Below, one piece after another: positions 37,284 to 47,359 of a stretch of 64,000 nucleotides of DNA. How positions within the stretch are numbered: the first letter of the stretch is position 1; each line of letters starts with the position of its first letter. The notes under the pieces are model-generated. The model saw nothing but the letters and a program-made list of their open reading frames with translations. It made no database searches and was not told where the DNA came from. Origin of the DNA: Candidatus Magasanikiibacteriota bacterium (GTDB taxonomy: Bacteria; Patescibacteriota; Patescibacteriia; Magasanikbacterales; UBA922); the NCBI GenBank assembly GCA_003518365.1, contig DOYU01000021.1, forward strand, positions 492-64,491. Direction: 5' to 3'. The translations under genes and the position numbers were made by a program.

Positions 37284-38626
37284 AAAAGCTACACAAACAA
37301 TTGAACCATGTCAGATTGACAAAGCAAGAATCGGCAGATATGCGTGGTGAGATGTTGTCATACATGAAAGAACACCCAGCAGCGGTAAGTCCTGTAAGAA
37401 AATCTGATCCTATCCGACATAGTATGGGTATAGGGAAACACTTCCCTATACGCTTACTCGTAACACACAATCGTATGTTTGCAGGAATCTTACTTGCCAT
37501 TGTGGCAGCACTCAGTGGAGGGACCGTATTTGCAGCACAAGGAGCATTGCCAGGAGATATGCTGTACCCAATAAAAGTGAACGTCAACGAAGAAGTACGT
37601 GGTGCCTTCACATTGAATACAGAAGCAAAAGTCGCATGGGAGACTACCCTTGCAGAACGTAGATCACACGAAGCAGCAACACTTGTGACAGAAGGAACAC
37701 TTGACGAAGACGTCGCAGCAGACCTTTCAGCCAGGCTCGCAACACATCTTGACAAAGCCGAATCGCTCATGGCAGAGCTGGAAGCAAAAGGAAATCTGGA
37801 AGCCGCTGCCAATGCCCAAAGTAGACTGGAAGCGTTATTGAACGTCCAACAACGCATCTTCCAATCACTTGAAGATGACGCAACCGCTGACACAGAAGAC
37901 AACACCACTACAAGCACTACAACCACAACAACGTCAACAGATACTGACGACGAGGATGATGATACAAATGATGACAATCGAAAAAATGTGTCATCAATCA
38001 CCCATATCCTCGACGCACTCGAACATAAAGCTGATGTTCAAGAACGGGTGAGAGCAGACTACGCAGACAAACTTGAGGAAAAAGATGAAGACGACCGAGC
38101 TCGTACGCTCGCTCAAACAAAACAAGTCACTGAAACAAAAATTGCAACCACAGAAAAAATCCTTCTCGCATTTGAAGAAAAAAATGGCGCACGAACAGAA
38201 GCACACACAGCATTTAACGCAGCTGTCAAGGTAAAACAAGAAGCTGATCAAAAACTTCTTGCAAAAGAATACGGCGATGCATTTGAACTCTATCACAAGG
38301 CGCAAACCATGCTTGATCGCGTTCATCTCTTCTTACGCACTTCAGCCGCTATTGGGATTGATCTCCAGATAGACACTGATCGTGATGACGACGGGGACGA
38401 CGACCGAAATCGATCAGACGAAAAACGTGAAGATGTGAATGATGAAGATACAGACGACGAGCAAAATGCTGATGATGCAGACGAGAAAGAAGATGAAGAG
38501 AAAAATGATGATGATACTGATGAAGATGACGCACTCAATATTGAGATAGAAACCGACGCACTTCTCGATATTGACGACAAAGAGACACGCAGCGAATCAA
38601 AGAGTCGCGTGAACATTGGATTGTAA
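37280..38626 (+). CDS. Anti-sigma-like membrane protein (DUF5667-type LPGDxLYPIK motif) with a highly acidic low-complexity tail
   Basis: Four-nt overlap with the sigma gene. One TM helix, LPGDMLYPIK, and D/E/T-rich repeats. Confidence 0.55.
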   Translation: MKKLHKQLNHVRLTKQESADMRGEMLSYMKEHPAAVSPVRKSDPIRHSMGIGKHFPIRLLVTHNRMFAGILLAIVAALSGGTVFAAQGALPGDMLYPIKVNVNEEVRGAFTLNTEAKVAWETTLAERRSHEAATLVTEGTLDEDVAADLSARLATHLDKAESLMAELEAKGNLEAAANAQSRLEALLNVQQRIFQSLEDDATADTEDNTTTSTTTTTTSTDTDDEDDDTNDDNRKNVSSITHILDALEHKADVQERVRADYADKLEEKDEDDRARTLAQTKQVTETKIATTEKILLAFEEKNGARTEAHTAFNAAVKVKQEADQKLLAKEYGDAFELYHKAQTMLDRVHLFLRTSAAIGIDLQIDTDRDDDGDDDRNRSDEKREDVNDEDTDDEQNADDADEKEDEEKNDDDTDEDDALNIEIETDALLDIDDKETRSESKSRVNIGL

Positions 38627-38729
38627 ATAACAATTTTTACATGATAAACCACTTGCATTCATGCTGGTGGTTTATATTTACGCTCGTTCTAATTCTATGG
38701 ATGCTTTTGATAACGGCTACAAGTAAACA

Positions 38730-38852
38730 AAGGGTTTTGAGGGGGAAGCTGTTCGAGCCTCATCGCTTGTCAATGAGTACTTTATTAGCGCCGACACAGG
38801 CGAGTTCTTCCCCCCAACACTTTTTGTTACTTTTTGGTGACAAAAAGTAAGG
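38730..38852 (+). repeat. Copy A of a ~120 bp structured repeat element: a long-range stem, internal hairpins, a T-run and a terminal 9-bp hairpin. Copy B lies at 54781-54904 and fragment C at 52066-52122.
   Basis: A and B are ~85% identical. The enclosing stem shows a compensatory change: GAGGGGGAAG/CTTCCCCCC in A versus AGGGGAAAG/CTTTCCCCT in B. Both end CACTTTTTG-TTACTTTTT-ggtgac-AAAAAGTAA-GG. Confidence 0.55.
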
Positions 38853-39001
38853 AAAGAAGTGACTTACAGTGGGTGACCTAAAAATTTGTTTACAGAATAG
38901 ACTCTCATATACTGAATGACGTTCAAACGTGCAGCATGTTACTTTCTCACGATTCTATCGTATACTATAGTAGAAGCATACAAAAAGATATCTTTTTCCC
39001 C

Positions 39002-39571
39002 ATGAACAACACACATATACAGCGTTGGGCCGATGCCGCATCACACGGAGATCGTGAAGCTTTTGGTCGTCTCTATGATCTGTATATCAAAGAGATCTAT
39101 CGCTTTGTCTATTACAAAACACATCACACACAAACGGCAGAAGATTTGACTGCAGATATTTTTGTCAAAGCAATCAAAAATATTTCCTCATATGTTCACA
39201 CCCACGGATCCTTTCGCACATGGCTCTATACCATCACGCGAAGTGCAGTCATCGATCACTATCGGACACAAAAACATGATTCGCCCATAGAAGATGCATG
39301 GGACATCGTGCCAACAAAAGATACCACACAACAAATCCATGCACGCATAGAGATAGATCAGCTCAAACCGTATCTGGCACAATTGTCATCAGAACAGCGA
39401 GATATTCTTGTTCTCAGGCTATGGCAAGCAAAAAGCTATAAAGAAATAGCAGACATCCTCGGCAAAAGTGAAGCAAGCTGCAAAATGGCATTCTCCAGAT
39501 CTCTCAAAACACTTCGTGACAACATGCCCCTTCATCTCTTCCTCATGTTTCTTACCACTCCATTCTTATGA
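39002..39571 (+). CDS. ECF-type RNA polymerase sigma factor
   Basis: YKEIADILGKSEASCKMAFSRSLKTLR is a region 4 HTH. Start at MNNTHIQRW. Confidence 0.75.
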   Translation: MNNTHIQRWADAASHGDREAFGRLYDLYIKEIYRFVYYKTHHTQTAEDLTADIFVKAIKNISSYVHTHGSFRTWLYTITRSAVIDHYRTQKHDSPIEDAWDIVPTKDTTQQIHARIEIDQLKPYLAQLSSEQRDILVLRLWQAKSYKEIADILGKSEASCKMAFSRSLKTLRDNMPLHLFLMFLTTPFL

Positions 39572-41067
39572 AAAAAATACATACATTTCTCAAAGAACTC
39601 TACGCCATCGATCCAACGCTGAAAGCGCATGAAACAGAACTCATCATACTCCTCACGCGCATGCTCGAACAAAAACCAGACGTACATATCGACGACGCAT
39701 TTGTATCCTCACTTCGAAAACGACTTGTGGGGACACCGGTACCGTCATCACCTTCATTCTTCACGCATCTTTTTATGAACAAACAACCAGCCTTCATTGC
39801 AACAGGTGCAGTCCTCTCGCTCGCGTTGCTCGTGGGTGTCTATCACTATGGCACGACACGTACAGGCATGATCTCAGGAGGCCAATTTGCTTCGATCTTT
39901 TCACCAAATGAGGTCGTCCACAGAAATGCAGGAGCCTTTGGTGTGCTCTCGTCAACAGAAAGCGCTGCCGCACCGACAGCAGAATCAGTCTCCTTTGATA
40001 CCAGTATGCTCAGCAGCCGTATGCCAGCAGATACGGTGGTCGGCATGGGTGGCGATGGCGTGGATGCAAAGATGATGATCGCGCCAGCACCATACCGCTA
40101 CACATACACGTATACTGGCGAGCCGCTCGAGCTCACTGACACCACGCTCCCAGTCTATCGACGCATCGTGCCAACGAATGCATCACAGGCACTCGGTACA
40201 CAACTCAGCAATGTCGGCACAGGTCTTGTCGATTTGTCCTCATTTGGCACACTGCATGCAGAAACGATTTCTATCTATGACAACGAATATCGTATCACTA
40301 TCGATATTGCCAATGGGCAAGCAAGTATTTATGAAAATTACGACAATCGACAGGACATCTATCGTGAAGCCACAGAAGCAGACATGTTGCCAGAACAACA
40401 ATTGATCGACATCGCAGATGCATTTTTACGCGCACACAATATCAGCACAGCGGGTTATGGCACACCAGTCGTAGATATGCAGTGGAAAACAGTGCAAGCA
40501 AAGCAAGAAACTGCTGATGCAGCATACCAGACGTATATTCCAAATATCATCACGATCATCTATCCATTCCAGCTCGAAGATCATACTGCGCATGACTATA
40601 GCGGATTGCCAGAGGGCATGCGTGTGAATGTCGACATCTTCACAAAAAAAGTAAATAATGTCTCAAATCTCATGGCAGGAGGATTTGAAGCATCAGACTA
40701 CGATGTGACGACAGACAGTAGCCGCGTGATCTCACTTGCAGAGCAAGGTGGACTCAACATGTATCCATGGTATGCAGAAGAGTCAGAAGAACGAATCCTC
40801 GAGCTCGGCACGCCAACGCTCGTCTATATCCAGCACTACTTGCCACAGGAAGGCAATGCACGTTCGTACGAAGTGTTTATCCCTGCACTCCAATTCCCTG
40901 TACAAAATATCCCAACAGATGAACCATTCTACAGCTCACGCATTATCACGATCCCGCTGGTCACCAATATTCTCGATGAAGAAAGAGACCGCCCGATCCC
41001 TACAGAACCACCGATCCTCCTGATGAAAGATGGTGCAGAGCCGGCAGTGGAACCTGCGGTAAGATAA
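39568..41067 (+). CDS. Membrane-anchored protein cotranscribed with the ECF sigma gene (4-nt overlap); putative anti-sigma or sensor
   Basis: Single TM helix (FIATGAVLSLALLVGVY) and a large extracytoplasmic domain without recognisable motifs. Confidence 0.4.
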   Translation: MKKIHTFLKELYAIDPTLKAHETELIILLTRMLEQKPDVHIDDAFVSSLRKRLVGTPVPSSPSFFTHLFMNKQPAFIATGAVLSLALLVGVYHYGTTRTGMISGGQFASIFSPNEVVHRNAGAFGVLSSTESAAAPTAESVSFDTSMLSSRMPADTVVGMGGDGVDAKMMIAPAPYRYTYTYTGEPLELTDTTLPVYRRIVPTNASQALGTQLSNVGTGLVDLSSFGTLHAETISIYDNEYRITIDIANGQASIYENYDNRQDIYREATEADMLPEQQLIDIADAFLRAHNISTAGYGTPVVDMQWKTVQAKQETADAAYQTYIPNIITIIYPFQLEDHTAHDYSGLPEGMRVNVDIFTKKVNNVSNLMAGGFEASDYDVTTDSSRVISLAEQGGLNMYPWYAEESEERILELGTPTLVYIQHYLPQEGNARSYEVFIPALQFPVQNIPTDEPFYSSRIITIPLVTNILDEERDRPIPTEPPILLMKDGAEPAVEPAVR

Positions 41068-41084
41068 CAATTTATTTCAACAAA

Positions 41085-41160
41085 AAAGCCACTCACTTCC
41101 CCCCTGTACTGATGCTGAGAATCTCAGAAGCAATACAGGATGTGTGAGTGGCTTTTGTTG
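41085..41160. terminator. Bidirectional terminator with a 13-bp outer stem enclosing an inner hairpin
   Basis: AAAAGCCACTCAC...CTGAGAatCTCAG...GTGAGTGGCTTTT. Confidence 0.6.
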
Positions 41161-41210
41161 TACCGCCCACGCATCCCGTTGTCAGGGTTGGGGCGTGGGT
41201 GGAGCAGAGG

Positions 41211-42287
41211 CTACGCGAAGCCACGAACCTTCAGCTCGTGTCGAACCTGGTCTCCTACCAAGATCGGTGGGTAGAGGCTATCAATCGCAGCCAGGTGGTC
41301 CTCATTGAGGCCTTCCAAGAACATCGGTAATGGGCGAAGCATGTGATCCGATCGGAAATGAACAAAGAATGTGGACGACACACTGACCAACGGCCATCCC
41401 TCTTGTTCGGAATACTCCATCGCTTTAATGGTCTCTGGTAGGGAGACAACCTCGCTGAAGCTTGCCAAAAGCTTACCCCCGGTAAGCCACTCGAGCTGCT
41501 GTCCGACCTGCACGAGGAGCCAGCCATCAGGCACACAAACCTTCTTCGGCTGTCCGTCGGGGCCCCAGATAATGAGCCCTGGAAACCGAGACTTGCCGTG
41601 GATCGTCAATGCGTTCAAATCCGTATTGAAGGCATTGATGATCGTGTCCTTCTTGCCATGTTCTCGAAGGTTCACACCACTCGGAACCAGGAGATGTGGG
41701 GCTTTTTTCAACAAACGAGAGAAGGTATCACGTTTGAGCCCCTGTGCCAGCGCAAGCATTTCACAGACCGTACGAGCGGTCTCCAGCATCTTCTCTCCCA
41801 ATGCGTCCATCGTGCTGGCCCACTCATTCTTGAATCCGCTCGGGATTACCCGATCAGCGGCGTTCTGCACAGGAAAGGCGGTGGACGCCGGACGCTCACC
41901 AATAGGCCAGGAAAAACGCTCTCCCGGATCTCCCTTACAGTTGCAGGGCGTCACATAAGGGCGATATTCAGGCGGCATGCGGGCGATGAAACCACGATAA
42001 TCAGGAGGGCGCTCAATGTACGGTGGAGAAACTCCCACATGATAGCCCAGATCCGGTCGTTGATCATGGACCCGATCTTTGTAGGGGTTGCCGAAGTAAT
42101 CCTCAAGCATGTTCAGGTATCTTTCGTTGTCACTCGGCAAAATCCGCGGATCGCGCACAAAAACTGCTGAGTGCTGCTTCAACGATTTGAAGAGTCTCCT
42201 GGCCTGCGACATGTCGTGTTTCAATCCCTTCCTGCCTACAAATGTGGACAAGTGGACATATGGAATACCCAACGCCCCGTATCGCAT
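41211..42287 (-). CDS. 2OG-Fe(II) oxygenase superfamily protein (IPNS/clavaminate-synthase-like), GC-rich
   Basis: Jelly-roll region NTDLNALTIHGKSRFPGLIIWGPDGQ...VPDGWLLVQVGQQLEWLTGGKLLASFSEV resembles the 2OG-oxygenase C-domain. GAGGTG RBS 5 nt before the ATG. Visibly GC-rich. Confidence 0.5.
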   Translation of the reverse strand: MRYGALGIPYVHLSTFVGRKGLKHDMSQARRLFKSLKQHSAVFVRDPRILPSDNERYLNMLEDYFGNPYKDRVHDQRPDLGYHVGVSPPYIERPPDYRGFIARMPPEYRPYVTPCNCKGDPGERFSWPIGERPASTAFPVQNAADRVIPSGFKNEWASTMDALGEKMLETARTVCEMLALAQGLKRDTFSRLLKKAPHLLVPSGVNLREHGKKDTIINAFNTDLNALTIHGKSRFPGLIIWGPDGQPKKVCVPDGWLLVQVGQQLEWLTGGKLLASFSEVVSLPETIKAMEYSEQEGWPLVSVSSTFFVHFRSDHMLRPLPMFLEGLNEDHLAAIDSLYPPILVGDQVRHELKVRGFA

Positions 42288-42471
42288 GATTCACCTCGCT
42301 TTCTCACCAATACGAACATCGTATTGGGAAGTAAAGATACACTACACGACGTATTTCTGACGGTCAAGGTATGGGTTTGGAAGAGTGTTTTTTTGAAAGA
42401 AAATACGTTCGTATACGTACTACGTATATATGAGTACACAGTAGCGTAGATATTTTTTTTTATTACTCGTT

Positions 42472-43065
42472 ATGAACAAACATATTCTCGTTTCATTGTC
42501 TTTTTTATCAGTAGCTCTGGTAATTTCTGGTTGTGGAAATAACACAACTACACCCAATGCTTCTGATACAGGTACAGAGCCAGGTCAAGAACGATTTGGG
42601 AATAATCCAAATGCTCCACAAACTCAGGCTGATATTGTGGGTATTGTGAAATCTATGGTTGGGAATGAAGTGACCATTACTCAAATCGATATGGACAAAA
42701 TGCGTGAGGCAATGGCTGCCAGTAGGCCAGATAGCCAACCTGCAACGGGTGAGGAAGGAAGGAGTAATAATTTTGTCGCAGGAACAGGACCAGGTATGGG
42801 ACCGGGGGGCGGTATGGGTCCTGGTGGTGGTATGGGACCAGATGGTGCCAATATTGATAGTGAAGAAAGAAATCAAGCACTCTCTGACATGATGAAAGAA
42901 TATAGTGCAGGAGACGTAAAAGTAATACTTCCTGTAGGGATTGCGATGAACCGTCGTGGGGAAACAGCAAGTTTAGCTGATGTTGCTGTTGGTGCCAATC
43001 TTTCTATTTGGTTAAATACGTCAGTCAGTGACAAAAAAGTAGCTGAGTATGTAAGTATTAGATAA
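42472..43065 (+). CDS. Lipoprotein with a Gly/Pro/Met-rich repeat (GPGMGPGGGMGPGGGMGPDG)
   Basis: Signal peptide plus lipobox LVISGCGNN. Confidence 0.6.
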   Translation: MNKHILVSLSFLSVALVISGCGNNTTTPNASDTGTEPGQERFGNNPNAPQTQADIVGIVKSMVGNEVTITQIDMDKMREAMAASRPDSQPATGEEGRSNNFVAGTGPGMGPGGGMGPGGGMGPDGANIDSEERNQALSDMMKEYSAGDVKVILPVGIAMNRRGETASLADVAVGANLSIWLNTSVSDKKVAEYVSIR

Positions 43066-43066
43066 T

Positions 43067-44905
43067 ATGTCTCAAGAAGAATCAATCATTGCTCAAAGCA
43101 AAAAATTTCGTCGTGGAGGATACATACCAAAACTTTTGAAAAATAAAAAAGTACTGATGATAGTGCTTGTTTTGGTAATGACTCTTTCAGGCGGATATTA
43201 TGTGTATTCAAAAATCGCAAAGAACAATGATACCGCTGTTGCTACGAAAAAAACATATACCGTAAAAAAAGGTGATATTCGTATTTCTACCAATGCTGAC
43301 GGCAGTATTGTTGCCAAAGATGGTGTGAGTTTGTCTTTTTCGAGTACAGGTGTCACGATAAAAAATGTATATGTAAAAGAAGGCGATATCGTCAAAAAAG
43401 GTGACAACATTGCAACAGCCGATACAGGTACCCAAAGCATTGATTTGCAATCAGCGTATGCTTCGTATACGTCTGCGAAAGCAAGTTATGAAGAAAAAAT
43501 TGCAGGACCTACAGAAAATGATTTGGCTTCCTACAAAAATTCTGTTGAAAGTGCTCAAGCAAGTCTTGATAAGACGTTGAAACAAAATGAATATGCAATA
43601 CAGAGTGCGGAAAGTTCTCTAGAAACAGCTCTTGCTAATTTGAAATTGTCAGAAGGTGGTGAACAGAGTCAGATAGTACAAGATGCGTACAACGATATAT
43701 ATCTGGATTCACTCAGTGCGGTGACGAATCTGAATGCAGCGCTTACTGCCTCAGATAATATTCTTGGTATTGACAACATATTTGCCAATGATGTTTTTGA
43801 AAATGTATTATCAGTCTTAGATAGTGCGAGCATTTCTCAGGCAAGAAATTCTTATCTTGTTGCAAAACATACGTTGACAACTGCAGAAAATGCCGTTGTG
43901 GTATTGAATGCTTCTTCTCCTCAAGGAGATATGTTGGCGAGTGCCCAATTAGTTCTAGTAGCTATTACCCAAATGCATCAGCATTATTATGATATGCAAG
44001 AAATGCTTGTAGCAACGCTACCCATTGGTGATCTGTCACAAAGCTCCTTAGAGAGTATGCGAAGCAGTGTGAATAGCAAAAAATCATCCATGGTTTCTTT
44101 GCTCAGTTCTTTCAATGCTTCTCTGAAAGCCATAGATACAGCAACATCAAGTTATGATTCATATAAAAGAGCATATGAAAATGCTCTCCAAGCATTGGAA
44201 AAAGCAAAGAGTGATGCTGAGTCTTCTGAAATAAGTGCCAGATTGAGTCTACAAAATGCAGAACAACAGTTGAAAGAGGCATCGGCTCCTTTGACAGAGT
44301 CTGAGCGTAGTTCCGCCAAGAGTAGTCTTGCAAATGCAAGTGCAAGTGTACAAAAACTTCAATATCAAATAGATCAATCTACGCTCAAATCCCCGATTGA
44401 TGGTGAAGTGGTATTGTTGAATGGGAAAACAGGAGACATCATCGTGGATGAAAAAAATTCTCCTTTTGTAACAATTTTGAATAAAGAAACATTTTTTGTT
44501 GAGACAAATATAGAGGAATCTGAAATAAGTAACATCCAAGTTGGTCAAAAAGCTCACATCATTGTTGATGCACTCGATGAAGCAACGCTTGAGGGTACGG
44601 TCAATTTTATTTCCCTTACTTCTGAAAGTGGTACTGGTGGTGTTGTGACGTACCTTGTGCGTGTGTTGCTAGATGATACAGAGTATGTTGATGTGAGAGA
44701 AGGAATGACGGCAGGTGTGGACTTCGTGATTGCGGAATCAAATGATGTCCTGATGGTGCCAGTGCAAGCAGTACAAAATGTAAATGGCAAACCTGCAGTA
44801 ACCATGAACAATGGAGATACCAGAGACGTTGTCACTGGTTTTACAGATGGACAAACAGTGGAGATTATTTCTGGATTAGAAGTTGGAGAACAAGTAACCT
44901 ATTAA
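43067..44905 (+). CDS. HlyD/MacA-family periplasmic adaptor (membrane-fusion protein)
   Basis: N-terminal TM helix, long coiled coil, C-terminal beta-barrel region. Sits upstream of an ABC ATPase and permease. Confidence 0.7.
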   Translation: MSQEESIIAQSKKFRRGGYIPKLLKNKKVLMIVLVLVMTLSGGYYVYSKIAKNNDTAVATKKTYTVKKGDIRISTNADGSIVAKDGVSLSFSSTGVTIKNVYVKEGDIVKKGDNIATADTGTQSIDLQSAYASYTSAKASYEEKIAGPTENDLASYKNSVESAQASLDKTLKQNEYAIQSAESSLETALANLKLSEGGEQSQIVQDAYNDIYLDSLSAVTNLNAALTASDNILGIDNIFANDVFENVLSVLDSASISQARNSYLVAKHTLTTAENAVVVLNASSPQGDMLASAQLVLVAITQMHQHYYDMQEMLVATLPIGDLSQSSLESMRSSVNSKKSSMVSLLSSFNASLKAIDTATSSYDSYKRAYENALQALEKAKSDAESSEISARLSLQNAEQQLKEASAPLTESERSSAKSSLANASASVQKLQYQIDQSTLKSPIDGEVVLLNGKTGDIIVDEKNSPFVTILNKETFFVETNIEESEISNIQVGQKAHIIVDALDEATLEGTVNFISLTSESGTGGVVTYLVRVLLDDTEYVDVREGMTAGVDFVIAESNDVLMVPVQAVQNVNGKPAVTMNNGDTRDVVTGFTDGQTVEIISGLEVGEQVTY

Positions 44906-44916
44906 GACTGAATGGT

Positions 44917-45627
44917 ATGAGTGAAGAAGTTGTCATACAATTGAAAGATGTCCACAAATCTTATTATTTAGGCAATGGCGAAGAAGTACAGGTCTTAAAA
45001 GGGGTTGATGTAGAAATAAAAAAGGGAGAATTTGTCGCACTCATGGGAGAGTCTGGTGGTGGAAAAACCACGTTACTCAATATTCTAGGATGCCTCCATC
45101 CCCTCTCTTCTGGTACATATTTACTCGAAGGAGAAAATATTGGAGATGTCCGTGATGATGGAACGCTCGCGTTTATCCGTAACAAAAAAATGGGCTTTGT
45201 GTTTCAACAATTCAATTTGTTGTCACGTCTCAGTGCTCTCAAAAATGTGGCATTGCCAAGTCTGTATGCAGGAGTCGACAAAGAAACGAGAAACACAAAA
45301 GCAAAAGAACTGTTAAAACTTTTATCAATGGAAGAAAGAACAGAACACAAACCAACAGAGCTTTCGGGTGGTCAACAACAACGTGTCGCCATAGCACGCG
45401 CGCTGATGAACGACCCTGAAATAATTTTGGCAGATGAACCGACAGGTGCTCTTGATTCAAAAAATGGTTTGGAGATTATGGAAATTTTCAAAAATTTCAA
45501 AAACCAACAAAAGACGGTCGTGATGGTAACGCATACCGCAGAAGTTGCAAAATACGCTGACAGAATTATCTATATGCGTGATGGTAAAATTTTGGATACT
45601 CATTATCAGTTGAAGAGTGAGTACTAA
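44917..45627 (+). CDS. ABC transporter ATP-binding protein (MacB/LolD-type)
   Basis: GESGGGKTTLLNILG (Walker A), [26 protein letters not shown]. Confidence 0.9.
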   Translation: MSEEVVIQLKDVHKSYYLGNGEEVQVLKGVDVEIKKGEFVALMGESGGGKTTLLNILGCLHPLSSGTYLLEGENIGDVRDDGTLAFIRNKKMGFVFQQFNLLSRLSALKNVALPSLYAGVDKETRNTKAKELLKLLSMEERTEHKPTELSGGQQQRVAIARALMNDPEIILADEPTGALDSKNGLEIMEIFKNFKNQQKTVVMVTHTAEVAKYADRIIYMRDGKILDTHYQLKSEY

Positions 45628-45685
45628 TTTTTTGTGAATATACTAGGTAAAAAATTAGAGTTTACGAGGATCATTTGTTGAACGT

Positions 45686-46894
45686 ATGTTTTTAGAAATA
45701 TTAAAAATGGCAGGTGAAGCACTTTGGTCCAATAAGATCCGAAGTTTTTTGTCAGTGCTTGGTATTATTATTGGGGTGTCTACGGTTATCGTAGTAGTAG
45801 GCATTGGGACTGGAGCAAAAAAACAAATAGAAGAACAATACAAAAATCTGAGTGCGACGACCATCATGGTCATGAAACAGATGGGACGAGATGCTGTTTC
45901 TTCTTCAAAACTGGAAGCAGAAGATGCCACTGTTATTTCTCAAAATATTGAACATATAAAGAGTACCACCGTTTTTATTTCGGGCAACTCAACGGTTGCG
46001 TATGGACAAGAATCTGGTTCAGTAAATACATTTGGTATCTATGATACTTTTTTTGATATAGGTAATTTAGAGCTAGAAGCTGGGAGACTTCTCACTCAAG
46101 AAGATGTGAGTAATAAATCAAAAGTCATTGTCATTGGTTCAGGTGCGTTGACGACACTTTTTGGTGAGGAGGCTGAGACTACTCAAGCGGTCGGTCAATT
46201 TATTACTGTTTCTAATAAAAAAATGGAAATAGTCGGCATCCTCAAAGAAAATGGAGGAAGTGTGATGGGGAGAATGTCTTATGATGATGCGGTGTTTGTC
46301 CCATATACGACGGCTGAAAGTATGTTGGGAAATCAAGCCAACATGATGATTGTGGTACTTATGGATGATGTGGACAATTTGCAAACAGGCATGGATGATA
46401 TTACCACTATCTTGCGAATTCAGCATAAACTCAAAGCAAGTCAGGCTGATGATTTTCGTATTTTTGATCCTGGTTCTATTGTCGGCGCTGCCCAAAGTTC
46501 TGCAGATACCATGTCATTACTGTTGGTATCGATCGCAACGATTGTGCTTATTGTATCTGGCGTCGGTATTATGAATGTCATGTTTGTGACGGTGGCAGAA
46601 AGAACAAAAGAAATTGGTATTGCAAAAGCAATTGGGGCACAAAAACAAGATATCTTGACTCAATTTTTGGCTGAATCAGTGATTTTATCAATTGGGGGAG
46701 GAATGGTAGGAGCATTACTTGGTCAAATCATCATTCCCATTTTGAATACATTTGAAGGTTGGTATGTTGTTCCATCTGTTTCTGGAGTGATATTGTCTTT
46801 TACGTTCTCAGCTATTGTAGGTTTATTTTTTGGATTTTATCCAGCACTCAAAGCAAGCAAACTCGATCCTGTAGATGCGTTGAGGAGTGAATAG
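45686..46894 (+). CDS. ABC transporter permease, FtsX/MacB-like
   Basis: N-terminal TM helix, large periplasmic domain and a C-terminal 3-TM FtsX bundle (LDPVDALRSE end). Confidence 0.8.
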   Translation: MFLEILKMAGEALWSNKIRSFLSVLGIIIGVSTVIVVVGIGTGAKKQIEEQYKNLSATTIMVMKQMGRDAVSSSKLEAEDATVISQNIEHIKSTTVFISGNSTVAYGQESGSVNTFGIYDTFFDIGNLELEAGRLLTQEDVSNKSKVIVIGSGALTTLFGEEAETTQAVGQFITVSNKKMEIVGILKENGGSVMGRMSYDDAVFVPYTTAESMLGNQANMMIVVLMDDVDNLQTGMDDITTILRIQHKLKASQADDFRIFDPGSIVGAAQSSADTMSLLLVSIATIVLIVSGVGIMNVMFVTVAERTKEIGIAKAIGAQKQDILTQFLAESVILSIGGGMVGALLGQIIIPILNTFEGWYVVPSVSGVILSFTFSAIVGLFFGFYPALKASKLDPVDALRSE

Positions 46895-46942
46895 CACATT
46901 TTGATTGATGTATACATATACTTGACTTTTTCTGATATTTCA

Positions 46943-47023
46943 TACAGTATAGAAGTATACTTACTTCTCTGGACTTCCGATTTCTACCACAAATTCACAG
47001 AGTATAGTATACTTAAAAAGTAC
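46943..47023 (+). promoter_or_regulatory. Two copies of the perfect palindrome AAGTATACTT / TAGTATACTTA upstream of hicB; probable TA autoregulatory operator
   Basis: CAGTATAGAAGTATACTTACTTC and AGAGTATAGTATACTTAAAAAG. Confidence 0.5.
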
Positions 47024-47036
47024 GTAAACATTTTAT

Positions 47037-47354
47037 ATGTGGAACACTATATATCGTTTTTTCTTCCCAGCGCTTTCGCCTGCTGAAATAAAAAAAACAT
47101 ATAATATCCCAAACAAATTTAATCTACGCATCCGATTTACTCCTGATGGTTTTTTTGTCTTGACCTGTGAAGAATTGCCAGGCCTCGTAACAGAGGCAAA
47201 AAATGGCAAAGATCTTATAAGAATGTTTAACGATGCCGTATTATCTTACTATGATGTTCCTAAAAAAATAGGAGATGTGGTCCATGAGAAAATGATTATT
47301 GACGGATACGGAACATTTGTATTGCAGGACAACAAGGTTGTCCAACCAGCGTAA
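47037..47354 (+). CDS. hicB: HicB-family antitoxin
   Basis: FTPDGFFVLTCEELPGLVTEAKNGKDLIRMFNDAV matches the HicB N-domain pattern (F.v...dlPG..t.g.t.eea). Confidence 0.65.
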   Translation: MWNTIYRFFFPALSPAEIKKTYNIPNKFNLRIRFTPDGFFVLTCEELPGLVTEAKNGKDLIRMFNDAVLSYYDVPKKIGDVVHEKMIIDGYGTFVLQDNKVVQPA

Positions 47355-47359
47355 ACCAT

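Noticed and set aside
37228-38001. 257-aa minus-strand ORF antisense to the anti-sigma gene; also 38323..38658(-)
   Set aside because: Ser-rich low-complexity products of the antisense of D/E-rich coding repeats; spurious.
41371-42170. Plus-strand ORFs of 195 and 190 aa antisense to the GC-rich oxygenase gene
   Set aside because: An artefact of GC-rich sequence; the minus-strand ORF carries the RBS and the 2OG-oxygenase-like domain.
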